Assembly: GCA_020434585.1 (NCBI GenBank)
Contig: JAGRAN010000007.1
Location: 19,239 to 83,238 of the forward strand
Direction of reading: 5' to 3'
DNA from: Bdellovibrionales bacterium
GTDB lineage: Bacteria > Bdellovibrionota_C > UBA2361 > SZUA-149 > JAGRAN01
Length of the DNA: 64,000 nucleotides
Within the stretch, counting starts at the first letter, position 1. Each line of letters opens with the position of its first letter. Positions 1 to 9,020 of this stretch are shown one piece after another. The translations under genes were made by a program, and so were the position numbers. The notes beneath the pieces are model-generated. The model was not told the DNA's origin, did not search any database, and saw only the letters and a list, made by a program, of their open reading frames with translations.

Positions 1-885
1 GGTGGCGACACCACCGAGAACTGGGGGGCGGACTTCGACGCTCCGTCTTCCAGCTTGGACCGCGGCGCGGGCACCATCACGCTCGGCCGTACGTCCTACA
101 CGCGCGAGAGCTCGTACACGTTCTCGAACGTCGCGAGTGGAAGCGCCACGGACAGCGGCGACCACTTCATGCCGATGCTTCGGCTCGGCGCGACGGCCCC
201 GCGCAAGGAAGGCTCGAACTTCTCGTGGGGCGTGTTCGGCGGCTTCGGCTACGGCAACATCGATGCCAATTCGGGCTTGTACCGCGGCCGGGATATCTCC
301 GGCGGGGACTACCTGACGTTCACGACGGACTACGACACCTTCAAGGTGGCTTCCGGTCTGGACGACATCCCCGACTACGCGTACTACGGCGAGCCCGGCA
401 TCGACGGCCCCACCATCTTCTTCACGCCCATCTCCACGAGTTCGGAGTCGTACACCGACTTCTTCTCGGGCAATGGCTACACGATGGTGGAGCAGGAGCT
501 GGACCTCGATCTGTTCGAGCTGCGTCTCGGACTGCAGGCCAGCTGGGAGTTCGAGTTGGATCAGAGCAACGATCTGGTCCTCGGCATCGAAGGCGGCCCG
601 TCTCTGACGATCGCCTCCGGCAGCTACCGCATCAACGAGACGATCTTCGCCGACACCCACGGCGAGAAGCGCACGTTCGAGTTCAGCGACAGCGACAGCT
701 CGACCAAGGTGCTTCCAGGCGTGTTTGTCGGGGGCAACGCTCTGTGGCGCACGCGCCTCGGGGAAATGCCTGTCGATCTCGGCGTTCGCGGCGGCTACTC
801 CTGGCATGACGACTTCAACCTCGGCGGCGCCAGTGTCGACGGCGGCGCCTGGGAAGTCGGAGCTCGTCTGACCATCCACTTCTGA
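1..885 (+). CDS. Outer-membrane beta-barrel protein, GC-rich; 5' end lies outside the window
   Basis: The open frame runs from base 1 without a stop, and the listed Met at 55 is internal. The predicted protein is rich in Gly/Tyr/Ser/Asp beta-strand residues and ends in ...ARLTIHF with a C-terminal Phe, typical of OM beta-barrels. Codon usage is strongly GC3-biased, unlike most of the window. Confidence 0.5.
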   Translation, partial: GGDTTENWGADFDAPSSSLDRGAGTITLGRTSYTRESSYTFSNVASGSATDSGDHFMPMLRLGATAPRKEGSNFSWGVFGGFGYGNIDANSGLYRGRDISGGDYLTFTTDYDTFKVASGLDDIPDYAYYGEPGIDGPTIFFTPISTSSESYTDFFSGNGYTMVEQELDLDLFELRLGLQASWEFELDQSNDLVLGIEGGPSLTIASGSYRINETIFADTHGEKRTFEFSDSDSSTKVLPGVFVGGNALWRTRLGEMPVDLGVRGGYSWHDDFNLGGASVDGGAWEVGARLTIHF

Positions 886-922
886 GCATGACTCGGGAGA
901 CTTGTGGTCTAAACCCCAAGCC

Positions 923-963
923 ATAACTCTCTGCCCAGAGGACTAGGGCAGTGCAAGAGTTAT
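923..963 (+). terminator. Nested hairpin downstream of the GC-rich OMP gene (ATAACTCT-CTGCCC-loop-GGGCAG-tgca-AGAGTTAT)
   Basis: The inverted repeats were read directly from the sequence, 38 bp after the TGA stop. There is no U-tract, so this is a putative factor-dependent or foreign-type terminator. Confidence 0.3.
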
Positions 964-1074
964 CGGATACGGGACAGAAGCGAAAGCGCTTCAACCCGGG
1001 CGGGGCAGATCGCTAGTCAGGTTCCTTCAAAAGGTATACCCAGACTAACAGGCGATGCCCGCCCGATATGCTGT

Positions 1075-1782
1075 TTAGCCTACAGCTTCCTCGGCATGGG
1101 ATTCGAGCTCGGCAACAACCGGCTCGGCAATTTCCAAATCGAACACCGGGGCAGCTTTTCTTTGATCTTGAAAGAATAGAATTGCTGTAAGCTGTCCAAG
1201 CATTAATCCGGCGAAGCCAACTGCGATAATCAAAAAGCCGGTAAAGAATTTTACGTGCCCAAAAATCTGCTCAACAAACTGCGCTCCGAATACTCCCTGC
1301 CCGAAGAACGCCAGGCCCAAAATGAAGCAAATACTGAACAGCTGCAGACGCTGAAAGTTAGACAAGTCTTCGCCGCTGGGGCGGATCCTTTCCAGAAAAT
1401 CTGGACGCAGTTTCAATATATAAACCGCACACCCCGCAGCAATTCCCATTGGAATAGAAACGAGTACTGAGGCAAGGGTTCCGGCACCGCTGGCCGAAGA
1501 GACAATTACACTAGTCAGGATGACGCACTCAATCGCCGCAGCGACCGGATTTCTCAACAGCGCTAATGCCATCTCAGTGGATGTTGGCTTTTTCCCATCT
1601 TCACGAGTTGGGAAAACTAATAAATGAAGAGGACTGCTAGACGTTTGTCGTGAGCCACGACGCTTTGAAGATTTCATTGGGGATAGTCCTACCGTTGACA
1701 CCGACGATAATTTTGCCAACTGCATAGCGAGAACTAACGGCAGCCAGCGTGAGTTAATAATAGGCCACCACAACACCACCAA
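1075..1782 (-). CDS. Hypothetical multi-pass membrane protein
   Basis: 235-aa ORF with several hydrophobic segments. I see no recognisable family, and the start codon is uncertain. Confidence 0.35.
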   Translation of the reverse strand: MVVLWWPIINSRWLPLVLAMQLAKLSSVSTVGLSPMKSSKRRGSRQTSSSPLHLLVFPTREDGKKPTSTEMALALLRNPVAAAIECVILTSVIVSSASGAGTLASVLVSIPMGIAAGCAVYILKLRPDFLERIRPSGEDLSNFQRLQLFSICFILGLAFFGQGVFGAQFVEQIFGHVKFFTGFLIIAVGFAGLMLGQLTAILFFQDQRKAAPVFDLEIAEPVVAELESHAEEAVG

Positions 1783-2101
1783 ACTCCGAACGTTTATATA
1801 GTTATGAGCTGCCGGGGACTTACCGTAGCTTTTTAACTTAACTCTCTGAAACGACAGGAGTAATTAAGTGTCAAAATCTGTCCCTTTCTAGCTGGATTAA
1901 ACGCATCGATTAGCCTCGCGCCAGCACAACTCTATTACGGGAGAAATTCCGTAGACTGGAGACAGGGCGCGTAATGGTTTTTCGATTGTCGATGTGGTGA
2001 AGCAGTGTTGAGTCCTTTTATAAGAGCTGAACTCTGTTTCATCACGCGTTGATTCAGACAGTTGATTTATTCGCACCTTACGCGTGAGAAAGGGAAGCAC
2101 G

Positions 2102-2479
2102 ATGCTTGGTAGTATCGCTTCCTTGTCGTTGGAGCACCAGCTGCTCCTCCTCGTGATCGGCGTCGTTGCTTTTGGTCTCGAGTCACTCTGGCGCAACTTC
2201 TTCACTCCGAAGAGCCCGGCAGAGTTGGTTCGAGAACTCGACAAGAGCGATGAACCGCGAGACCACCAGGTTCTGTGTGAGATCCTCGATGAGGATCCAA
2301 CAGCCTGGAACGCCGCACCGGCTGAACCTTGGGACGTGGCAGCGGACCTTCGAGCACTTGCTCGTCCACTGACCTCCTTCCTCGGCTCCGTTCGGCAACT
2401 CGCATGCGCAGCTGCTCGCTTTGCGCGCTTCGGTCGGAACCGCACGTCGGAACCGGTCCCGGAGCCTGTCAAAGCCTAA
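2102..2479 (+). CDS. Hypothetical protein with an N-terminal TM helix and an acidic C-terminal region
   Basis: The ORF track starts at GTG 2084. ATG 2102 is preceded by AAAGGGA 7 nt upstream. The opposite-strand ORF 1897..2472 has an Arg/Ser-rich junk-like composition. Confidence 0.3.
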   Translation: MLGSIASLSLEHQLLLLVIGVVAFGLESLWRNFFTPKSPAELVRELDKSDEPRDHQVLCEILDEDPTAWNAAPAEPWDVAADLRALARPLTSFLGSVRQLACAAARFARFGRNRTSEPVPEPVKA

Positions 2480-2661
2480 ACCGCTGTAGGTCGATCACTC
2501 TCGCACCCAAGGGGTTCCTTAAAGAAAGGAGAACTCGCGCTCTGTCCCCAGCGCCCTTTACATTTCGAAAACTCTTCGGTGCAGGAATCCCACCACGAAA
2601 GCGAAACCCTGTTTTGTTAATATTCATAGACCTATTAGGTCAAACTTTGTAAGATCACCCC

Positions 2662-2781
2662 ATGCGCAACAATAGATGGAACTCCATTTATGCGGGCGTT
2701 CTCGTTTATACTGCCTGCCTGATTTACCTCCTCTGGCTGCTTACTTCGCACTACAGAGGTTTGGTTGATGCATTGGCTTGA
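2662..2781 (+). CDS. 39-aa single-TM small ORF overlapping the start of the symporter gene
   Basis: ATG 2662 ... TGA 2779-2781, giving MRNNRWNSIYAGVLVYTACLIYLLWLLTSHYRGLVDALA. It overlaps the symporter start (TTG 2765 / ATG 2768) by 14-17 nt. It is not in the ORF track because it is under 60 aa. Confidence 0.25.
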   Translation: MRNNRWNSIYAGVLVYTACLIYLLWLLTSHYRGLVDALA

Positions 2782-4498
2782 TTGGTCAATCGTCTTAGCT
2801 TATCTCAGCTACATCGCTCTCAGCGGAATTAGACTGGGCCGAAAATCCGACTCTCTTGATTCATTTCTTCTTGCTGGAAGAAGCATGCCCTGGTGGGCTG
2901 TTGGTCTTTCCGTCATGGCGACTCAGATGAGTGCAATTACAATAGTTGGAACAACCGGGAAAGCGTATGAAGATGGCCTAAGGTTCATCCAGTTTTATTT
3001 TGGTTTGCCTTTGGCGATGGTCCTGCTGTGCATGACTCTGGTTCCCTTTTTTCACACCTCCCGCATTTACACTGCGTATGAGTACCTAGAGCGGCGTTTT
3101 GACGCGAAAACTCGCACACTCGCAGGCCTTGTATTTCTGCTGTCTAGAGGACTTTCCTGTGGTGTCGTGATCGCCGCACCTTCCGTAATACTTTCAATTG
3201 TTCTGGGATGGAATGAGCTTTTGATCATTCTGTCGATGGGGCTGACAACCGTTTTGTACACTATGATTGGCGGAGTCACAGCGGTAACTTGGACTGACGT
3301 TCGGCAGATGATCATAATTTTCTGCAGTCTAATCGCTTGTGCTTCCGTGATTTACCTGTCTCTACCTGACTCGGTAACCATTTCTGGCGCCGCCGTGCTT
3401 GCAGCCGCCTCCGGAAAGATGACCGCAGTCGACTTTAATCCCAGTTTTTCTGAAACCTACACTTTCTGGTCAGGCATGCTTGCTGGAACTTTCTTAATGC
3501 TCTCCTATTTCGGCTGCGACCAGAGCCAAGTGCAGAGATATTTAACCGCACGCTCAGTTGATGAAAGCAAATTATCGCTGTTGATGAGCGCAGTACTGAA
3601 AATACCTCTGCAACTGCTAGTGCTAGGCCTTGGGGTGTCTGTATTTGTGTACTATCAATTTCAGGCACCTCCTCTAGTTTTCGAACCAGGTGTCGCGACC
3701 CAAATCACTGACCCTGCCCAGCGCTCAAACTATGCCGGATTAGAGCGTAATTTTCAGCAAAACTGGATGGAAAAACGAAAGTTAGCCAAGCAGCTTGGCG
3801 AAGGGAAAAGTGGCCAACAACAAATTGCACGGTTCAATTCACTTCACGCTAGGGAAATTGAACTACGTCGCGAAGCGTTGGGACTCTTAGCTAAATCGAA
3901 AAATCAAAGCGAATATTCGGACGTCAACTACATTTTCCCGAAGTTCATTACAACAGTACTTCCGGTCGGGATGCTGGGCCTGATGATCGCGGCCATATTT
4001 GCTGCTGCTATGTCATCGGTATCATCAGAACTGAGCGCACTGGCTTCAACCAGCGTAATCGATGTCTACAAACGCCATATTCACCCCGAGGATGAAGACT
4101 CTCACTATCTAAGAGCGGCGCGGCTGCTAACTCTTTTCTGGGGTTTGTTCGCCTGTGGTGCCGCCTATTATGCAAGAAATCTCGGCGCTCTGATTGAGGT
4201 CGTAAACCGCTTCGGCTCTTTTTTTTATGGCGCCCTACTTGGCGTATTTGTGCTCGCATTAGGTTTCAAGAGGGCAAACAGCGCGGGCGCCTTTTATGGC
4301 TTAATCAGCGGTGTTCTCGTCGTGAGTGTATTCGACAACTTGCCATGGCTTGCCTCATCCACAGGAAGCACAGCGTTGCTCACACTCTCTGAACACTCAC
4401 GCATCAGCTTCCTGTGGTACAATGTAATCGGCGCCGTTACCGTAGTCCTAGTCGGTCTATTGATCTCTGCAGCAGGTCGTAGAGATCACGCAGCTTGA
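2765..4498 (+). CDS. Sodium:solute symporter (SSS/SLC5 family) transporter
   Basis: 577 aa with roughly 13 TM helices. The N-terminal segments match the SSS family (WAVGLSVMATQMSAITIVGTTGKAYEDG; LYTMIGGVTAVTWTDVRQM). A hydrophilic insertion of about 80 aa lies mid-protein. Confidence 0.85.
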   Translation: MMHWLDWSIVLAYLSYIALSGIRLGRKSDSLDSFLLAGRSMPWWAVGLSVMATQMSAITIVGTTGKAYEDGLRFIQFYFGLPLAMVLLCMTLVPFFHTSRIYTAYEYLERRFDAKTRTLAGLVFLLSRGLSCGVVIAAPSVILSIVLGWNELLIILSMGLTTVLYTMIGGVTAVTWTDVRQMIIIFCSLIACASVIYLSLPDSVTISGAAVLAAASGKMTAVDFNPSFSETYTFWSGMLAGTFLMLSYFGCDQSQVQRYLTARSVDESKLSLLMSAVLKIPLQLLVLGLGVSVFVYYQFQAPPLVFEPGVATQITDPAQRSNYAGLERNFQQNWMEKRKLAKQLGEGKSGQQQIARFNSLHAREIELRREALGLLAKSKNQSEYSDVNYIFPKFITTVLPVGMLGLMIAAIFAAAMSSVSSELSALASTSVIDVYKRHIHPEDEDSHYLRAARLLTLFWGLFACGAAYYARNLGALIEVVNRFGSFFYGALLGVFVLALGFKRANSAGAFYGLISGVLVVSVFDNLPWLASSTGSTALLTLSEHSRISFLWYNVIGAVTVVLVGLLISAAGRRDHAA

Positions 4499-4962
4499 GC
4501 AGGCAGCTCTATAACCGCTTCGACATATTTGCGCTTATGCTTCCTGCATGCACGATCTGGAGTTTCAACCGAGTCCAGTTCGCAGATCATCCAATACGCC
4601 AAATAGCCGTAGAAAATGTCGAATGCTATCCTGTGCGTCATGCCTCCAGCGTAAAGTTCCAACATGCTTAGTCCAACTGCAGCAAACATACAGTTTGCAC
4701 CCCATCGCTGGTAGTAAAGCAGGCCAATCAAGGCGGAGAGGCGCAAAGCGGAGTGCATTATCACTATCGGCATAGAAAGCAGTCCGCCATTGCTGTGAAC
4801 ATATTCGACTATGCTGATACCCGCAGACATGTCGTAGCCGAAAAATAAGATTGACGCGATTATGAAGAGAATTTCGTAGACGAAGTATGCGATCAACATC
4901 CATTTGAAGACTTCTGGAGCATGTTTAGAACCCATAAATACCTCCCGTTTAAAACCTGACAT
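4486..4962 (-). CDS. Hypothetical small membrane protein
   Basis: 158-aa ORF with four hydrophobic segments. The start is probably the Met of MGSKH at about 4935. An AT-rich promoter-like region lies upstream (4963-5160). Confidence 0.4.
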   Translation of the reverse strand: MSGFKREVFMGSKHAPEVFKWMLIAYFVYEILFIIASILFFGYDMSAGISIVEYVHSNGGLLSMPIVIMHSALRLSALIGLLYYQRWGANCMFAAVGLSMLELYAGGMTHRIAFDIFYGYLAYWMICELDSVETPDRACRKHKRKYVEAVIELPAQAA

Positions 4963-5191
4963 AAGACTAATATATCATATATTTTTGGACAAGTGTAGTT
5001 CACACATATTTTTTTAAAAACAAAACTACAAGCGGTTTCTCGCTGTTTAACTTGTCATTTCGGCATCTTAGGCTACCTCGACCTTGATAAGTCAGCCGAT
5101 AATATTAAGCACATTTGGTATTTCTGTGTCTATAACACATATAGGCAGGCTGCGCTCATTCTCAATTTTGGCTAGATAATTGGCGTTGCGG

Positions 5192-5301
5192 GCCTCTCCG
5201 GAACACTCTCCGGAGAGGCTCGCCGCAAGGGTATAAGGTTTTTTGCAGGATCCTGGGCGCATGGAGGCCGCATCCTGAAGCTCTTAGTTTCAGGATGCGG
5301 C
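5192..5301. promoter_or_regulatory. Two strong GC-rich hairpins in the 5' region of the GC-rich membrane-protein gene
   Basis: 5192-5219: GCCTCTCCGGA / TCCGGAGAGGC, an 11-bp perfect stem with a 6-nt loop. 5267-5301: GCCGCATCCTGAA / TTCAGGATGCGGC, a 13-bp perfect stem with a 9-nt loop. Both were read directly from the sequence. Confidence 0.3.
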
Positions 5302-5362
5302 AATTCTGCTGCGTCAAACCGGTCCTTATCCGCCTAAGGGATATAGGCACAGGAGGGTCCTC

Positions 5363-5863
5363 ATGTCTCTCATGCAGTTCACCTACACGGTTGCAATTCT
5401 GGCAATCGCGGTCAGCATGCTGGTGCTGCCGTTTACTCGGTCGTACTTCAAGCTGCTGCGGATGTTCTCGCTTACCTTCTTCGAGCAGGAGCGCTGCTGG
5501 AGGAGCTTCACCAAAGCACTGGTGAACGCCCTTCTCCATGGCGCTCTCGTCGCGGCTCCGTTCGCGATGCTGATCACGCTCGGAGATCACCGGCTCTGGA
5601 ACATCGCTCATTCGGGAGCGGGAATCGAGGTGGCGCACGTCCATCTCCCCCCGTCGCTCGGTGCAGTGTACAACCATGCGGTTCGTCGCTTCCTCATCGG
5701 GTTGCCAGGGTTCTTCCTGCTCAGCGCTTGTGTGGCATTCCTGCTGCGCGTGCTGGCAACGATGGACCTCGAACGGCATCGAAAGGTGCTTCTCGCGGCG
5801 GTCCTGTTTCTGCTGCTGAGCAGTCTCGGCTTCTGGTGGGCGATTTCGCACTTCGGATGGTAG
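5363..5863 (+). CDS. Hypothetical 4-TM membrane protein on a GC-rich island
   Basis: GGAGGG lies 8 nt before ATG 5363. The 166-aa product has four hydrophobic helices and GC3-biased codons. The antisense ORF 5162..5851 is His/Arg/Glu/Gln-rich and looks like a GC artefact. Confidence 0.45.
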   Translation: MSLMQFTYTVAILAIAVSMLVLPFTRSYFKLLRMFSLTFFEQERCWRSFTKALVNALLHGALVAAPFAMLITLGDHRLWNIAHSGAGIEVAHVHLPPSLGAVYNHAVRRFLIGLPGFFLLSACVAFLLRVLATMDLERHRKVLLAAVLFLLLSSLGFWWAISHFGW

Positions 5864-5871
5864 GCATTAGC

Positions 5872-5902
5872 CGGCGCCGACGCAGAGTATGCGTCGGCGC
5901 CG
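5872..5902 (+). terminator. GC-rich hairpin after the island gene (CGGCGCCGACGC-agagtat-GCGTCGGCGCCG)
   Basis: 12-bp perfect stem starting 9 nt after stop codon 5861-5863. There is no U-tract. It lies between convergent genes. Confidence 0.35.
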
Positions 5903-5953
5903 CGCGCCTCAACACCCTTGACGGTGAGTCTGATTTTCTCTGAACTCTACTGA

Positions 5954-7813
5954 CTAGCCACCCCATTCACAGGGAAGCTTCACGATTGACGCCGGTGGGT
6001 TTGCTCCCGGCGGCACATCACCGGCGATGAAGTTAGTCCCGCAAGACAGCTTGGCTCTGACTGAGTTACACTCGGTCGTTTGATTTGGGACAGAAAATCC
6101 CCACGCGATCCCAGACCCTTCAGGGATACCTGCTTCCTGAGCAGATTGGCTTTGTTCTCCGATGCTAACGTCGGTTACATACCCGTCAACAAAGCCAATT
6201 ATCTCAATTCTGGCGTCCGCATCTAAATGACGCAGTTCATTTCCGGACGCGCAGAGTCCGGATTCATCAATATTTGTCGCGGCGATGACAGGAAACTTTG
6301 CCTTCCAAACCCTTGTATCATCACTTATACCGCTGCGCGGTTTGAACGGAACGGTAACCATTGTGCCGCCTGGACCCTGCGCAGCTATCACATTCTCGGA
6401 ATCCGGCTCGACCCAACGGGAAGGACAAACCCCATGTGTCTTGAAAAAATTGTCGTCCAAGTCGAAAGGAGTTGCCGCCTGAACCCTGAAAATATTGGCT
6501 GAGTGTTCAATCGAACCTAATTCAGTGTCCCTCAGTCTGACCCGGCTTTGTTCCCCTAGAGCAGGATTCGATATCTTGTCCCATACGATATTGCTGTCAA
6601 AGCGCTCTCCGGTCATACCTTCGTTTAATAGCTGAAACTCTTCACCGAGCCGCATCGGCACACATCCGGCATGAAGTGGATCGTTGAATATACTCTCAAC
6701 TTTATCGAGAACCGTTCCAAATCGAACTTCACGGGAAGGAAGCCCAACGACCCCAAAGTGTTCAATACTGCTGGGATACTTCTTCGCATGGAAGCCCCAG
6801 CGCGTTTTTTGCTCGAGCGCAACTTCCGACATCGGCTGCCCGTGTTGTGTTACACACACTGGATTTTCGTCGTCGACTAATGCATCGAACCGAACTAATC
6901 CTCCCATAGCCTGGTTTGCTTCCTGGGCAGATTCATACATTGCCACGTCAGTGTGAGAATATGCTCCATCCGGTCTACAAGCTTCGGACGGAAACGTCGG
7001 CAGCGGACGATTCTCTGCCGCGACGCTGTTGTTTCTGCAGTTCTGCCCGGTGCAGAACTGGTCCGCCCTGGTAAACAAGCGGTCACCCTCACAAAGCCCT
7101 TGATCTAGTCCACCGTTTTCGCTGTTGCGGATTGCACAGGCCGGGACGGCAAACGGGACGGCGCAAACCGCATCAATCGGCCGCTCTACGATCGCAATTG
7201 CTTCAGCTTTATCTACGTGATCAACTCCTCCAAAAACACTTCCTATTAGCGGCTTTCGTGTACGCTCAATTACAACTCGAACAGCATTGGCGGATAATAT
7301 CGGTGGGATCCCGCGCGTCGCCTCGTTGTTCATCGCAGCATCGTGCGCTTCCAGCGATTGAAAGCCTCGATATTCGTTATGTCCGTCGAAATCATCATCC
7401 CGCACGAGCCATCGGCCCCGCTGAACAGTAATGATCATATCTAGAAATTCATATGTATCTTCATCAATTTCATTAGGCGGCGGTAGGTCTCCCGCACCGT
7501 TACTCTCTCCACCAGCTTTTCTAGCGACCGGATTGTACTCATACAACTCGTCCAGCATATCGGGAACAACCATTGAAACAACGTGATAGTCAGCAGTTCC
7601 CGTCGCGGCCAGCTTCGCAGCTTCCCAACAGGCGTAAGTGCCGCAAAGGTTTGTCGCCCCAGAATGTGCAGCTGCATCTACTGCAGCCTGAAGTTCAATT
7701 TCACCCACACGCACATAGTTCGTATTAACAACAAATGCCGCGATTCCAGCGAAGATTCCTAGCAGCAGCGCTAGCATCGGTATAACCTGCCCGCGCTCCT
7801 CTAAAGCAAACAT
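5954..7813 (-). CDS. tadG: TadG-like Flp-pilus assembly protein (large secreted pseudopilin-like protein)
   Basis: The N-terminal segment EERGQVIPMLALLLGIFAGIAAFVVNTNY...LQAAVDAAAHSGATNL matches the TadE/G-like N-terminal domain (Pfam PF13400 pattern ending in DAAALAGA). The long frame 5954..7882 has several candidate Met starts; I chose 7813 (MFALEE) to avoid overlapping the upstream gene. Confidence 0.6.
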   Translation of the reverse strand: MFALEERGQVIPMLALLLGIFAGIAAFVVNTNYVRVGEIELQAAVDAAAHSGATNLCGTYACWEAAKLAATGTADYHVVSMVVPDMLDELYEYNPVARKAGGESNGAGDLPPPNEIDEDTYEFLDMIITVQRGRWLVRDDDFDGHNEYRGFQSLEAHDAAMNNEATRGIPPILSANAVRVVIERTRKPLIGSVFGGVDHVDKAEAIAIVERPIDAVCAVPFAVPACAIRNSENGGLDQGLCEGDRLFTRADQFCTGQNCRNNSVAAENRPLPTFPSEACRPDGAYSHTDVAMYESAQEANQAMGGLVRFDALVDDENPVCVTQHGQPMSEVALEQKTRWGFHAKKYPSSIEHFGVVGLPSREVRFGTVLDKVESIFNDPLHAGCVPMRLGEEFQLLNEGMTGERFDSNIVWDKISNPALGEQSRVRLRDTELGSIEHSANIFRVQAATPFDLDDNFFKTHGVCPSRWVEPDSENVIAAQGPGGTMVTVPFKPRSGISDDTRVWKAKFPVIAATNIDESGLCASGNELRHLDADARIEIIGFVDGYVTDVSIGEQSQSAQEAGIPEGSGIAWGFSVPNQTTECNSVRAKLSCGTNFIAGDVPPGANPPASIVKLPCEWGG

Positions 7814-7814
7814 T

Positions 7815-8285
7815 TTAAAACGTATCTTGATTGGGGTCATCACAATGCTCCGTCGGATAGAAAACCATCTTTTCGTAGCCAAATCTGTCGTTGCCCGGGA
7901 TCAGCGAGCAAAGCAAACAATCAAAATCAACATCTATGCTGAGACTGAGCACCGTCCACCGCTCTTCAGGAGGCAAGGGATTTGGACCACCGTAACCGTG
8001 CAGCAGTACACGAGACTCGACATCGTAGATGTTTAGTTCTCGCGCAAACCAATACAGATTCTTAAGGTCCGTGAACTTTTGGCGCGCTTCATAGGCACAG
8101 CGCGTTTTATCCACTTGCGATGCACCATGTCGAACGGATTGTGCCATTATCATGTCTAAAATCGCGTTCTTGGCCATGAACCTTCCAACATCAAAAAACA
8201 TCGCCATGAACAGCAGCAAGAAAGGCAGCACTTGTGCAAATTCAACTATAGTAGCACCCCCCTCTTTTCGGCATTTATGCAGCAT
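7815..8285 (-). CDS. tadE: TadE/TadF-like pseudopilin
   Basis: The N-terminus is KEGGATIVEFAQVLPFLLLFMAMFF, which fits the TadE-like domain with a prepilin-type site (G followed by xxxxEF, Glu at +5). Confidence 0.65.
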   Translation of the reverse strand: MLHKCRKEGGATIVEFAQVLPFLLLFMAMFFDVGRFMAKNAILDMIMAQSVRHGASQVDKTRCAYEARQKFTDLKNLYWFARELNIYDVESRVLLHGYGGPNPLPPEERWTVLSLSIDVDFDCLLCSLIPGNDRFGYEKMVFYPTEHCDDPNQDTF

Positions 8286-8824
8286 CAGGTTGTCCTCCGA
8301 AACTCTTCAACATGCGAGCAATCATAGTCATCGTACAGAAATAGATTGCGGCCATCGTCTTCAAGTATTGGAGATCCTGACTCCAGGTGAAAGCTGCTCC
8401 TAGCATGCTGTTCAAAAAAATTCTTAAACATCGCGTTAAATGCATTGGGTGCACGACGATGAATGTCAAATTGAATCAGCGGCAGCGCTTCAACATTCTC
8501 CCCCGCGTTGATCATTCTTGGCGTAAGCACCAAGTCGTATTCTTTCGGCTCTAGGCCAAGCACATAAAAGTATACTGCTGCGCGCCTGCAAACGCCGGCA
8601 GTTGTAATATCTGGAGCAGTTGCAGTAATGCGACTGATGTCTCGGCCAACTGCGCGTGACACCTCAAATAGGTTGCCTTGGTCGCGGAGCTGAATTGCGA
8701 TGTCGACAAAGCCGGTAATTAGGAAGACTAGAAAACTGACTATTACCGAGAATTCGATGATCGCGCCGCCGCGCTAATGCGGATACCCAAACGCGGAACA
8801 ATTGCTCCTGCGTACAAAACCCAT
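8285..8824 (-). pseudogene. TadE-like pseudopilin gene interrupted by an in-frame TAG
   Basis: ATG at 8824 (minus strand) with GGGGG 8-12 nt upstream gives MGFVRRSNCSAFGYPH, then TAG at 8774-8776, then the same frame continues RGGAIIEFSVIVSFLVFLITGFVDIAIQ... into the listed ORF 8285..8662. That listed ORF starts at GTG only because the ORF caller restarts there. The sequence after the stop is a textbook TadE N-terminus but has no start codon of its own. Confidence 0.45.
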
Positions 8825-8963
8825 TTTTCAACCCCCGGCGCCGCAGCGCCAATCTGAATAACCATACGTGCTGTGCACAATGTGTGTTAATCACACATTT
8901 TTATGATAGCATGGCGTTCGAACCTTGTGCAAGCTCGCTAAGTGCCTAAAATTGCAGGGGTCT

Positions 8964-8997
8964 CAAAAAGGCTCCGCAAAGCGAACGCTTTGCGGAG
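8964..8997 (-). terminator. Rho-independent terminator of the OMP gene
   Basis: CTCCGCAAAGCG-aa-CGCTTTGCGGAG, a 12-bp perfect stem. On the minus strand it is followed by TTTTT (plus strand AAAAAG at 8965-8970). It sits 24 bp after the stop at 9021. Confidence 0.5.
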
Positions 8998-9020
8998 CTA
9001 AGTAACTAATGGAGGGGGCT

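Noticed and set aside
225-809. 194-aa Arg-rich plus-strand ORF in an alternative frame of the OMP gene
   Set aside because: It is a GC-rich alternative frame. The frame of 1..885 gives an OMP-like protein with a C-terminal Phe.
2212-2245. tRNA-like T-arm (GAGTT-GGTTCGAG-AACTC)
   Set aside because: The loop is 8 nt, not 7. I find no acceptor, D or anticodon arms, and it lies inside a coding frame.
5162-5851. 229-aa minus-strand ORF overlapping the GC-rich membrane-protein gene
   Set aside because: The Arg/His/Glu/Gln-rich low-complexity translation is typical of an antisense frame in GC-rich DNA. The plus-strand frame has a Shine-Dalgarno and TM helices.
8900-8925. GCGTTCGAACC resembling a tRNA T-loop
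   Set aside because: The flanking bases do not form a T-stem, and there is no cloverleaf.
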